A stretch of 61,191 nucleotides of DNA, counting the filler, from Sphacelaria rigidula (taxonomy: Eukaryota), in NCBI GenBank assembly GCA_964200075.2. It is 6 parts of 6 records of this genome, joined end to end, with 100 filler letters (N's around TTAATTAATTAA, not from the genome) between each part and the next. Parts side by side here need not be neighbours in the genome. Positions count along the whole stretch, not along the records: positions 20,434 to 30,549 come from CAXNAA020007105.1; positions 30,650 to 40,764 come from CAXNAA020007106.1; 4 more parts are not named here. One strand, 5' to 3'. A model generated the notes under the pieces. That model did not search any database. It was not told where the DNA came from and saw only the letters and a program-made list of their open reading frames with translations. Numbering within the stretch: the first letter of the stretch is position 1; every line of letters begins with the position of its first letter. The translations under genes and the position numbers were made by a program. This document shows positions 24,045 to 36,700 of this stretch, piece by piece.

Positions 24045-24422
24045 TGTGCTATGAAGCAATGGTCTTGGAGCTTGGTGTATGGGAAAGCGGGAGTATGGTT
24101 GATTACTAGCCTGAGATGTGGACTATGGGTAAAGCTGAGAATGTGGCCTATGGCGACACTGGCATGTGGCCTATGAAGGACTTTGAGGTGCGTTTTACGG
24201 TTGTGGTCTGAGGATAAGCAATGTTGGAAATTCTCGTTTTTGCGTTCGGGGCAGCAGAGCTGATCACCACCCCGTTCACTCTCGACTTGGTCTCCAGCTT
24301 TCTTCATCACTACTTAGTATAACTGGATTTCTACACCGGTGTGTGAGTTTTGGATTTTGTACGTACTGAGTGTTGACGCAGTATAATAATAAATCAAGTG
24401 TGTGTGCTTTTGTGAATCAACA
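24045..24422 (+). repeat. Possible 5' LTR of the Copia element
   Basis: TG...CA bounded non-coding block with AATAAA near its 3' end, just upstream of gag. No second LTR or clear PBS in the window. Confidence 0.3.
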
Positions 24423-24648
24423 GATAGTCTCTGTTGCCATCTGTTTTTGGCTCAACAGCCATCGCAGTGATCGCTCACTTAGCACCCTGCTACAAAGCAG
24501 CATTGCCTGTGCGATATTTGCACACGTAGCTCCCCGCTACAAAGCACGGAAGTGCACCTTTTGCTCTTACGCTAGCACGAGTAGCCTATAGGATGTAGTA
24601 GCCAAGGGGTTAGCTTGTGATTGGTTCACTTGGAGAGAAGAGTGTAGT

Positions 24649-27600
24649 ATGGATTACTCGAAACTCGAGGCCCTGCCTCAGGGAACGCAGGAACGCATCA
24701 GGGATTTGTTTGAACAACAGAAACGTGAACAGGAGAAGAATACGGTTGAAGCGTTGAGACGACAGACAGAGACTTTACTTGGAGAGATGGCTGAAGAGAG
24801 AAACCAACGCCTTGAAGAGGCAATTCATGCCCGTAGAGATGAAACCCTTCGACAAGGACCGACAGCAAACCCCCAACAGCAAGTACCTCTAGTGTCCAAT
24901 CCCGCCCAGATAGCCAACTTGTTCAAACTCCGCACATCAAGCTCAATTACCCCGTGGGATGGTTCGGCAAAGAATGGAGAGATATTTAGTGAGAAGTTTA
25001 CCGTATTCAAGGTACAGTTGGAAAACTATTTGGGCAAGAGAACTGTGTGTTTGCATTGACCCCCCGTGTTCCCATAAAAGTATATTTCGAGAGCGAGGAA
25101 GAGCTCAAAGTGAAGTATGATTCAGGCGACGTGGACGGGGCCATCAGGGCTTGGAACATAATCGTCGAGAAGATAGTATATCCTCCTTTATTAGAGCAGG
25201 TCACGATGCTCGGTTCCCCAAGTGAAGCTTGGGACCATATTGTAAAATATTACCAGACCCCTGCAATTGCTGAAAAAACAAGGCTGGAAATGGAGGGGAG
25301 TAGTCTTCAGATGGGTGTTGGAGACCAGCCCATCGTGTTTTTCACCAGAGCAAAACTCATTCGACACAAACAGGCGAAACATGGGATAACCATGTCGGGT
25401 GCAGATGCGTGTAGACATATTGTTCGTCGATTGTCACCAGAGCACGAAATCCAAAAGAGCATGTTTCTTGGTACAGAGGATATTAATCTTGGAGTAATCG
25501 AGCGTGTTGTGACAATGGCTCATAGAGAACATGAACTGGCACGGGCAAGGTCAGGGGACGCCCAGGAGGGCAGCGCCCTCGTCGCGGAGACCAGTGGTGG
25601 TCGTGGTGGGGTTACACAGAACGTGCGGAGCTCCGGAGGAACAAGACGCCACCAACATCAACATGAACCCTTCTGCTACTACCACAACACCAACCATCAC
25701 GATGACTCCGACTGTCCTGCTCGCCGCGGTCTACAACCACAAGCAGGCCGTGGTGGTAAGGGGGTGGTATACCTCGTCATACTCGAACTTCGTAGGAGGA
25801 CGCGGAGCGATGAGACATGGACCTGGACGACCGCAACAGCATCCCCAGGGACTTCAACAACAAGGACGACAAGAACGGCGAGGACCAGGACGTGGGCAGA
25901 ATCCCAGGTATGGTGATGATGTACGTGGTGGTAGATATGTCGAGTCATCACCACACCCGGGCAGTCAATTGCCCTCCTACGATCCCCCTCCGGAAGGTTA
26001 TGATTACTCGGGGTTTCCTGTGGGGCTATACCGCCCGTTTGGGAATGAGCCGTCCATTAACCCCGCGGATCCTCGAAAACGTTGCACTACTTGCGGAGAG
26101 TTGGGCCACATGCATACGTACTGTTCGTGGCGCAGAGGAGGTCGGCAGCAGACTCATCATGCCTCGCAACATGCTGCCCAACCTCGTTATGGTGGACAGC
26201 ACCCCCACTCGCGGTCTACTACATTGCCTACAGCATTGCCACACTCGTACGGTGTAGCATAAGCCATTCAACCGTACGATGATCCCAGCAATTACTACGA
26301 CGACGACAATTGGTACAGTCCGGAAGAGGATGGCTGTATATGGGAGGAAACCCAGAGCAGTTTCAGTGGATCTGGTTTTGCTCATTGTGTGCAGTCGTCC
26401 AATCCGGTGCAGTACAGTCAACCTCAACATCAACATCAACTTCCCAAACAGCAGCATCAACAGCAACAACTACCTTCCCACCAGCAACAACAACAACAAC
26501 AGCAACAGCAGCAACAGCATCAACTACCTTCCCATCAACAACAACATCAGCAACAACTGCCCTCACCTGCGCCCTCTGTCGACGCACCTGCTGCCAGTTC
26601 AGTCTCTTCGACGCCTTTGCATTTGTGTATGGCAGAATCTGTGAGTGTTTCCAGGTTTCACCTAGACAACATAGACTCGGAGAATCTTGCGTTGTTTTAC
26701 CACGGTGGTAGGCTAGACATGATAAGGGACGGAACGGAAGAGTGGCTGGCTGACAACGGAGCCAGTCACCACACAACTGGATCCATGGATGGAATATTTG
26801 ATCTTCGCCCTCCCCCAACCGGAAAGGAGTACGTTGTCGTAGGGAATGGTACCGTACTTCCTGTGATCGCTGTAGGAAGCTCGAAGCTCAAGTTCTACAT
26901 GCCTGGTACCTTTGACGCCCCCCCTTCCGATTTCTGTGTACAACTGACGGGCGTGTACCTACTTGAAGGCATTCCGTTTCATTTGGTTTCCTTGCATCAG
27001 GTACAAAAGAGACAGGATATACTACTGAGTGGATCAGGCGTTCATTTGTTTGGTGGCAAGTTGCGGTTTGATCGGAATGAACGCTCGTCTTCTCAGCGAG
27101 CGACCAGGCTTTCACCAGAATATGTTCACTGTCCTCTTGCTGCGCCTGCTGTCGCAGTCACTTCCAACCCCGCCGCTCGTTTGCCCTTGCAGTCGCGTGG
27201 TACTGTAGGTGTTCCCCTTGGTGACGGTGTATCACCTCGTTTGCACAACAATACTGTAGGTGTTCCCCCAAGTGTGGGTGTATCGCCCGCTCTTTGCAAC
27301 AGTACTACTGTAGATGCTTCCCCACAGGTGTGTGTTCCGTCTGCTCCCCCCAACAGTACGGTAGCCCAATCCCTACTGTAGGTACATCCCCCGAAGAGTG
27401 CGTTTAGTCTGATGTGTCCAACAGTACTGTAGGTACATCCCCCAAAGAATGCGTACCGTCTACTTCATTTAACAGTACTGTAGCTCGTCCCCACGGAGTG
27501 TGCATGCCCCCTACTCTGACAAATGGTGCAGAATGTGCTTCGCTTGGTGTGAGTGTGATATCTGTTCCGACCAGTGGTGCAGTAGGTGCTTCTCTTGGTG

Positions 27601-30480
27601 TGAGTGTGACATCTGCTCCGACCAGCGGTAGAGTAGGATCTTCCCCCAGTGATGGTTTCCCGTCTACTCCACCACGGAGTATAGTGCCTGTCCCCACTGG
27701 TCATGGTTTTTCACCTTCTCTACAACAGAGTGTCGCGAATTCTCCCCCCGATATGCATGTACCATTTGCTCCGTTCATAAGCTCAGAACGTCATTTCCCC
27801 AGTGTTTGTGTCTCGTCCAGTCAGCACAGGACTACGGAAACTAGGTCCCCCGAAGTGTGCTACGGTGCTACCCCCCAAGGTAGTCAAGTAGCTGTCGAGA
27901 ATTATTCAGACCTTGCAGCTGTAGCAGGACTTTTGCTTCCGGACTTGAGGGTGTTTGAAGATCAGAGGTTGATGGAAGGATTTGACAATACCCTGGACCA
28001 AGATTTTTTTCCACGTTTTTTGAGGATGGATGAACTTAGTGGTACGAGTGAAGAGAGTATGGCTCTTGCTATTCGTGCCCCCAATGCGCGCCCTCATACA
28101 GTAGGGAAACCCAACCGTGAAGTGGACGTTAATTTTTTCCACGTTTCCCTTGCCCATGCGAATGGAGCCCTATTGCGAGCTACTGCCGAACACCAGGGGA
28201 TTACGCTCACTGGCACGCTACTGCTATGCTCCGGATGTTTGGAGGCAAAGGGGCGCAGGGCTGGCATTCCACGGCGCCTGGGTCTTCGTGCGACCTTTGT
28301 CCTCGGCATGGTGCATCTCGACCTGACGGGCCCACATCCACGGACTTTGGGTGGCTCAACGTACGTGGTGGCGTGTGTCGACAGCAAATCCCGTTTCATG
28401 ATGCTGTACGGCCTCTCGAGCAAAGCCGACACGCTGTCGAAAGTGAAGCGTTATATCGCTGACGTCAGTGAGATCGGTTCGCCGCGCTGCTTCCGGATGG
28501 GCAACGATGGCGAGTTTACCTCCACGATGTTCGCCACGTTCTACGATGAATCCTGGATCCGCCGAGTACACCGCTCATGACACCCCCAAGCACAATGCCG
28601 TTGTTGAGAATGCAATTTGGAGTGTGATGAGGGCGGGGCACGCAGCACGGCGGGAACGCTTGTGGTTGGAGTCAGCAGTATGGGCCGCGGATGGATCCAA
28701 CCGTTCGGCAACAACAGCCAACCCAGGGAAGACGTTTCCCTATCGCGTCTTCACCGGGAAGGATCCGCCGGTGCAGATCGTCCCCTTTCTGCAGCCAGCC
28801 GAAACATGAGCAACCACCGCCGCCGCCGCCGACGTCTTCGAGCCATCAGCAGTCGCCGCCGCAGCAGCCGTCGTCGTCGACACCTTCGAGTCCCCAGCAA
28901 TCGCTGCCAGCACCGTGGCCGCTGATGAGGAATGCACCAAGGCTGGTGACGCGGCGGGCGGACATTGAAGCAGCTAAGCATGAGGACCGCCTGCCGCCCG
29001 ATCCGCCCGAGCTTCCTCAGTGCCCTGCGAAGGACCTGAAGGTGCCGAAAAGCTATGCGCAAGCAATCAACTCCGAGTACGGTGGACTTTGGGAAGACTC
29101 CCTGGACCGGGAATGGTGGGGAATCTTTGACGCAGGGACTGTTGATGCTGCCGAATAGAAACCAGTTGAGAATGACACCCATGCTAAATGAGTGTATAAT
29201 TGGAAGGCGGATGAGTTTGGCTGGCCGACGAAGATGAAGTCGAGATTAGTAGCAAGAGGAGACATGCAGAGAGCGAACGTAGATTTTGGAGAACTGTATG
29301 CCCCCACCGTAGCTGTTTCTAGTGTGCGTTTGTTGGCGGCTATGGCTTGTGAACAGGATCTTGCATTGCATCATTTTGACATAGAGCAAGCTTTTGTTCA
29401 GTCCGAATTGGAAGAGGATGTGTTAATGCGCTCGCCGCCTGGTTATGGTAGCTTGTCTGGTAAGATAGTAAGATTGAATCGCTCGTTGTATGGGTTGAAA
29501 CAAGCGAGTAGACAATGACATAACCACTTGCCAAACTGCTCGAGAGGCATGGGATTTGAGCAATGTTTGGCGGATTCATGTGTATTTCGATTGATGAAGG
29601 ATAGTAGGGTGATCATCACAATCGTAGTATATGTAGACGACATCTTTGCGGTGGGAGACAAGGATAGGTGTGACAAGTTCGGTGTGGAACTCAACAAGAT
29701 GGTTCAGGTTAAGAATCTTGGAGATTTGCGTTAGTATTCTGGACTATACTATGAGAGAGACTTCGAGAGAGGGACTATTAAGATTTCGCAGGAGACTTAC
29801 GCGGAAGCGTTGGCGAAGGAGTACGGAGTAGAAAAGGGGAAAATTATTCCGATGTCAGCGAGTGTGAAGCTTGAAGAGTTTAGTGCGGAAGAAGAGACGA
29901 CGACTTTTCCATTTTAGGAATTGGTAGGTTCATTGATGTAGCTGGCGACTCAAACGAGGCCAGACATATCTAACGCGGTGCGTGCAGTGGCGAGATATTG
30001 TGCCTCTCCCAAACTCATTCATTGGCGCACTGCACTTGGAATCTTGGGATATGTGAAGCGTACAAGTTCACTAGGTATCACCTTCTACAGAGGTAGCTTT
30101 ACTGGATTGAGCTTTCAAGTGTTCAGTGACGCCGACTATGCAAGCAAGGCAGCTGACAGACGGTCGGTGTGTGGGGGATTGATTATGTGTGGGGGTGGAT
30201 GTGTGTTATGGTTTTCGAGGACGCAGAGGTGTGTGACGTTGTCCACAGCGGAGGCTGAGTACGTTGCCATCACTGATGTCCTCAAGGAGGTATTGGTTTT
30301 GAGACAGGTTTGGCGTTTCATGTTACCGGAGATGGTAATGCCGTGCATTCCCGTGTTTGAGGATAATGAGGGGGCTATCCAGATTGCGAAGAACCCTGTG
30401 ACGAATTCCAACTCCAAGCACATTGACGTGCGACATCATTTCATCAGGGAACTTGTAGCAAGGAAAGGTATTTCGCTTAT
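24649..30480 (+). mobile_element. Degenerate Ty1/Copia gag-pol (gag, Zn knuckles, protease, integrase, RT, RNase H), 3'-truncated
   Basis: CTTCGELGHMHTYC knuckle; WLADNGASHHTT protease; FHVSLAHAN...CSGC GAG-pre-integrase; VHLDLTGP, GEFTS, TPKHNAVVE integrase; KSRLVARG, FDIEQAF, SLYGLKQASR, YVDD RT; SDADYA, STAEAEY, EDNEGAI, SKHIDVRHHF RNase H. Many stops and frameshifts. Confidence 0.95.
27197..27770 (+). repeat. Degenerate ~51-bp (17-aa) tandem repeat inside Copia pol
   Basis: Units like AGTACTGTAGGTACATCCCCCAAAGAATGCGTACCGTCTACTTCATTTAAC (STVGTSPKECVPSTSFN), ~10-11 copies. Confidence 0.8.
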
Positions 30481-30649
30481 AACAACAAATTGTGCGAATT
30501 GAGGTTTAACTTCGAGATGAGGCTCAAGCCTAAAACAGTGCTTTCCCCANNNNNNNNNNNNNNNNNNNNNNNNNNNNNNNNNNNNNNNNNNNNTTAATTA
30601 ATTAANNNNNNNNNNNNNNNNNNNNNNNNNNNNNNNNNNNNNNNNNNNN

Positions 30650-30700
<51 letters not shown>

Positions 30701-30736
30701 TGGAAGGCAGGGCATTCTGCCAAAACCGTGACGTAC

Positions 30737-33700
30737 CTGGAGGCGCAGCCCTTGCTCAACCGATAGCTGTTGCTCCCTGCGTAGGAGGGTAACCAGAATG
30801 ATGAAGTCGACAAACAGCAAGAGAGAGAAACAGCGCGGAATTTGGGTGGGATGACGGAGGGACCGCAGGGGGTGGGGGGGTGGGAGCGGGAAGAATGATG
30901 GGGCATGAGGAGTGCAGGAGGGTTTGATATATTCATTTGTCATCCATTAACTGATGTCCGCGGGACCCAATGATTCATCAGTGCGTTGTGTCAACGTGCG
31001 AAGTGATGTATTAATCCACTTGTGGGGGGAAATGTTGTACTTCGTCCGACGTGTCCAACCAGTCAGTCACGAAAAAAAAACATCACTCTAAAAACAAGAA
31101 TAAAACAGGAGAAAAACTTGAAAAGAAACAAGGAAGAAGGGAAAGTAAAGAGATGAAAGGAGATCACCAAATGCGGCCAAAACTTGAAAAAAAAAAAGAG
31201 ATTACCTTCCGATCACCTCACCTGTGGTGTAGAAGCAAGTTGTCTCGCATGTACACCGCCCGCCAAATCTCCAGGCCCTGGGCCTCACAGCACGGTCGCA
31301 GCACGTCCACGACTCGGGGGGGGGGGGTGCCCGCCCCGGCTTCTTCGGTGACTCGCGGTCGGTAGAGTGGGTTGACGAGTGGGGAGGCCAGGTGTCCCTC
31401 TGAGGCGTAATCCCTTCACAAAATCGGATGTTTTTGATGTCGTCGCACGTGACACCCGGAGGCGAAAAGCGGGGGAGAGGGGGAAGCAAAAAACGTCGGG
31501 AAAAAAGTAACCACGATGGCCTGAAAGGCTCGGGCGCCGAGAAGTTGCAACCATCCTTTAATCGAGAGCTAATGCTCTTCACCGATCATTCGTTTATTTC
31601 GACCCCTCGGCTACTGTCCGACGGGGAGGGGTTGCCTTGGGGAAAAGTTAATAAACTCCTCGAGAGTAACTCGCCGCGGACTTACCCTATAGATTTTTCC
31701 GCTTCTTCAGTGGGGCTTGCCCTCGTCCTTCTGAATTATTTCTGAAGAAAAAAAACTGTGCTGTTCCGATTCACGCTCTTTACTCACACACCCAAAAATC
31801 ATATATTGTGAACCAGCACACTCCCGAGTTTATCGCACACGCTCTACTCACGATGAGTCCAACAGCCCACTTCTGCACGAGGCTGTGATTCGACCCTAGC
31901 TTCATCTTGTTCCCTCTTACGCCCCATCCTTTCCCGGGCAAGGCGGTAAAAGGTAGTGTACAAGCACGCCTCCATCTTCCAGATGCTCTGGAATACTCAT
32001 ACTCAGGTTTTATTCCTCTGAAATTTACACACAGCGCCCCCGGCAGTCAGTATCGCTAGACCCCCTGACGATACCCGGTATGATCCATGGTACCCTGTGT
32101 TACGCGGTACTGTACCCTCTACCCGAACTACCTTGGAAGCTGCAGCCTACATACGGAACCCGCGTTTGTACCAGACCTGAGATAGGTGAAGATGCTCACC
32201 CCCCCGCCACCGGCCTCCTGCAGCTCCTTCAGCCTTTCCTTGCGCTCACGTTCGCAGTTGCCTAAGCGAACGATGAGGGGAGTGGAGGAGGGCGGTGTAC
32301 TCATGATCTTGCATGCCGTAGTTATATTGGGGGTGGGAGAAAGATGTGATCCCCATATGCTGCAGGGTATTATATTATGAGTGTATCGACGTTACACGTG
32401 ATAGATTACATGCGTGACATCTTTTGGTGCAAGGTTTCAACAACACACAAAAAAGTAGTAACATATATTTCCGAAAGCAGTGCTATTGCAGTAAAAATTT
32501 GGACAACGAAAAAGAACCAAGAATCAACATGCTTTCCAACAATGGCCTCTCCTGAGTGACTTTATTTAAGATCCATAGCGCACGGACGAGCAATAACCGA
32601 TACTCTACACCCAACTTTGGGATAATTATATATATTTNNNNNNNNNNAAAAACTCGCTTTCCCACAACGGCCCCTCCTTTTGGGCTTTTTCCCCCCCCCC
32701 CCCCCCCCCCCTACTGAAAATCAGGGGATGTTCCAATCCACGTTTGATCATATTCTGCTGTCGAGGTTGCTCACTCGAACGTTTCCGTTTCTGTCCACAC
32801 CTTACGCACGTCTATCTGACGATCACGGCTGTATCCTTCGGGGATCAGATCCGCGACAATCCATCAAACAACCATTTGATCGCGAGGCACCGTACCCGCA
32901 AAGGTGAGGAATGCCGCGCTGTAGAGCGCTTCCACCAGCCGCTCCAGGTAGTGCCCGGTGAATTCAAACGAGGAAGGGTACTGCCTCACCAGCTGCACGA
33001 AACACAGCACGCGAGAAAACAGGGCGCGCGCGCGGGGGGGGGGGCTCATGTGTGTTGATCGAACAACAAAAGCAACATTGTTCGGATCGTGGGAAACACA
33101 ACCAACATGAGAAATGTGTGGACCATAACGACGCCAACAGCAACAACAATAATATTGTCACGATCTACGCGCGATAGTAAACACGGCTGTTACTACTGTA
33201 CTGCTGCTGCTGTGGAAACTTCTTCATTCGGAACAATACTTGGCTTTTTGACTTGAGAAGGAAAAAAAAAAATCAAAAGACGAGTTATTCTTCAATTTGG
33301 TATTGAAAATGTGGAGACCGAAGCTCTCCGCATCAGACCGACGACGTGCTCAATCCACCAACCATGGACACATATAGACAGCTACACATGCCATACTCCA
33401 CAAAGTTTGTAACTCCGTTTGATTTAGCACGCGGGAGCCATAAAAATTTCATTCACGCTTACAATTTTCCATACTCCAAACGTCCGCGGGACTGTCAGAC
33501 CCTATTCTCGGAAACAGAAAGCACTGGGCGCTATAGCGGTCAACATGTAAATTGTCTATTATTCGCATTACTATTTCGCTCTCCAGCCAAGAAAAAAAAA
33601 GCGAATAAGTTCCATCTATGACGCAAGTACAAGTATAACCACAAAGACACTTCTTCAAGGGCTGGGAATGTTTTCGCGTTGACCATTTTCAACATCAGCT

Positions 33701-36700
33701 TCGGTAAACATAGGACAAATGTCCGAGAAAAACAGACAAACGCCACGCTGTCCATGTGAAAAGCCTCCACCCTTAAAGCTGGTTCTTCATGTGACTGGGA
33801 AAAGCTCTCACACGCTTATCTTACATAAATGAAGAGAATAAAAGCACGCCCACATCCATCCATTATTATTGCTCCAATCATTCAATCAACGACTCGTAAA
33901 ACAACGGACACTGACATCTAGATGTACATGTATCATTTCACATTTTTCACGACTTTGCCGAGTTTTCTCTGGCGGCACGGCATTTTTTCCCGCGCTTTCT
34001 GTTGCAGCGCACTGAAAAGGCTCAGCGGTACATTACCGTTCAGGTTTGGGTGTCATCCGATACCTGTGGCGCGTGTTCTGGCCATCGAAAGTCGCTCAAC
34101 CTGGCCCCTTTTTTGCGGGGTGTCGATCCCGAATCACAAAAGCCTCTCCAAGATCATGGAAAACTTGAAACAAGGACCCGAAGCACAAAAAAAGCCTGTT
34201 GAAGATCATGAAAATCTGCAAACAAGACTACTTTTGGCGGGGTATTTTCCCCCGTGTTTCTCTTTGTCGCGCTCTCGTTCATTTGGGAACACGAACACAC
34301 CGGTTATACCGCCAATGTCACGAAAACATGAGAGCAAAGCAGTTGAAAACAATTGCCTTGGCCTTAGTCAGCAGCAAACATAAGACGGTGCGATGGGCTG
34401 TTGGCGAGTTGAACAAGGCACAGCAGCACAGGAATGCTTTGCCGCAAAAAAATAATCACCCTGTTCAAAAAATAGGCCCGGTGACGTGGACGCCACAGCG
34501 ATGTACAAAGAACATGCCAAGAACGTTCCACGCATTCCAATTTTTCGGCAGTGCCTCCCGCTGTGATGTCTTTGTGGCACGAGAGCTACATCCCTTTGAC
34601 CGCGAGGGTAGGTCACCTGCTGAATCGGCATCAATTCCAATGAAAAAAGTGTGCGTGATCCAGACGGACTACCCTCATCGCGGTCTAAAGGTTAACCCTA
34701 CATTTTCGACTTGAGTCACCCCCGGGAGGCCCGTACCAACCGCCCGAACGGGAACCCTGTACACATGTTAAACAGCAACATCCATTGTACCGAGCCCGGC
34801 AAGAGTCTTACATGACCACCACGGTTGAACCTATCGAGAAATCACGGGCCACGTTCAAGAAGAGGGCAAAGATAAAATTCAAAACTTGGGAGCGACCAAC
34901 TGGCAAACACCGGCACATGACCGGGCACACCTTCAGATCGACTGAACGGACTTGGCAACGTGAAAAATAATAATGAGTTTGTAGATATGGAACAAGTTAC
35001 GTCAACTTCACCCGCGTGAACAGCCTCGCGTTTTACCTGCCACACAGCGTCCAGCCACTGAAGGAACACGGGAGACGACTCCGTCGGGGAATCGGAGTGA
35101 GCCCTCAATCCGAACATGTGTCCAAACGAGCACCACTCTTTCTCCACCAGCAACTCAAACCCTTCCAGGGTACGGTAGTATGGGTCCAGGATCAGCTGCA
35201 ATCGGGCACACGCAGACAAGACAGTCCACACATACACGCACACAAAAGTTCGTCAGACATGCAGGGTACGGTAGTGTGGGTACTAATTCTTCAAGATGAA
35301 ATAGATGAAAAAAAAAAAGTACAAACAACCCCTTCCAGGGTGCGGTCGTGCATGCGGATCCAAGATCAGCTGCGCTTGCGCACACGGAGACAAGTCAGAC
35401 ACGCATACATTTTTCGTCAGACACGGAAGGGTACAGTAGTGCGGGTCCAACGTCGGTTGCAGTCGCGCACACACGGACATCTCCATCTTCTCACCTGCGC
35501 GAGTCCCGTGAGTTGGGAGGTTCTGTCCCAACCATCGGAGCAGTGCACCAGCACGGCCACGCCCCTCTGTAGCTCGTCGGCCACGAACGCAGCCCCCTTC
35601 ATTATCTGCACAGGAAGAACACGCAGCCACCAAGCAGAGAAACGAAATCACCAACGGACGGGAAAAGGGATTCGTACAACGAAAAAGAATAAAGTGGGAC
35701 ACAAGTACGGGGCGCAGTATGCATGAGAGAGTCATCCGCGCCCGCAACAAAAACACAAGCCCCACAAATGATAACTTCACAACAAATATTGAAAGCAGTA
35801 TGCCCCAGCGGCAAGACTGGCTCCCGCGGGTGCTGTGTTGTCGGAACTCTAGTACGGTACTAGACTATTTCAGGTTCGTGAGTGGACGTACTATGTATAT
35901 GGATACAGTGTGCAGCGCACGCGGGTTGGCAGCGGCAGCCCTTCTTTGAATGAGTCCCCCCTTCGTGAACAGAAAAGCAAGCTCTTGCGCCGTGAGGATT
36001 GGCTTCCCGTAGGACGTTGTCCAGGGGATCTGAAATTTGGAACCCCCGAAACGTCTCGAAAATGAGCTACATGAGTCGAGTTATCCAACGTGTAAAAATG
36101 CTCTCCTCTAACTCACTCCGAGTCACTCAGTGGTTACCAATTTCCACAAGCAGAGTTATGCTGCATAGCTCAGCGGTATCTTTTTTCACACGATGGGTTA
36201 TACCGCATACTCCAGTTGAGTTAACTCATGAGTTGTCGGACATGTGAAATCTAGCAAACAGAACCGCACGCATCTAACTGCTTGCCGGCCGGAGGTCACG
36301 TGCGCGGCAGACCATATGCGAGGACATTCTCGCCGGCTTGCAGCAAAATAGAGTTGTCATGAACCTTACGGGGGAGTGGACTGGTTTTATGGTGAGGGTG
36401 CACATTTTCTTCTGAGGCTCTGCACGGTTAGATTGTCTGGATGATAAACATCCGGGCCTTAGTGTTCTGTAGAGCGGAGCTTGTGCGAAGAGAAGAAACC
36501 GACAATGCATACGTGCATGTAAAAATTAAAAATGGAGGTATTTTCCTCATTTGTTCTTGTTCTAACAAGTACGAACTCAAGAAACCTTGACTGTCCACCT
36601 TTTTTCACGTCTGCACTGCTGCAACAATTGCGGTTACACGGCGCACGCTCGCACGATCCGGGCCAGGTCGAAGCAATTTTTTGGCGCTTGAACAACTAAA

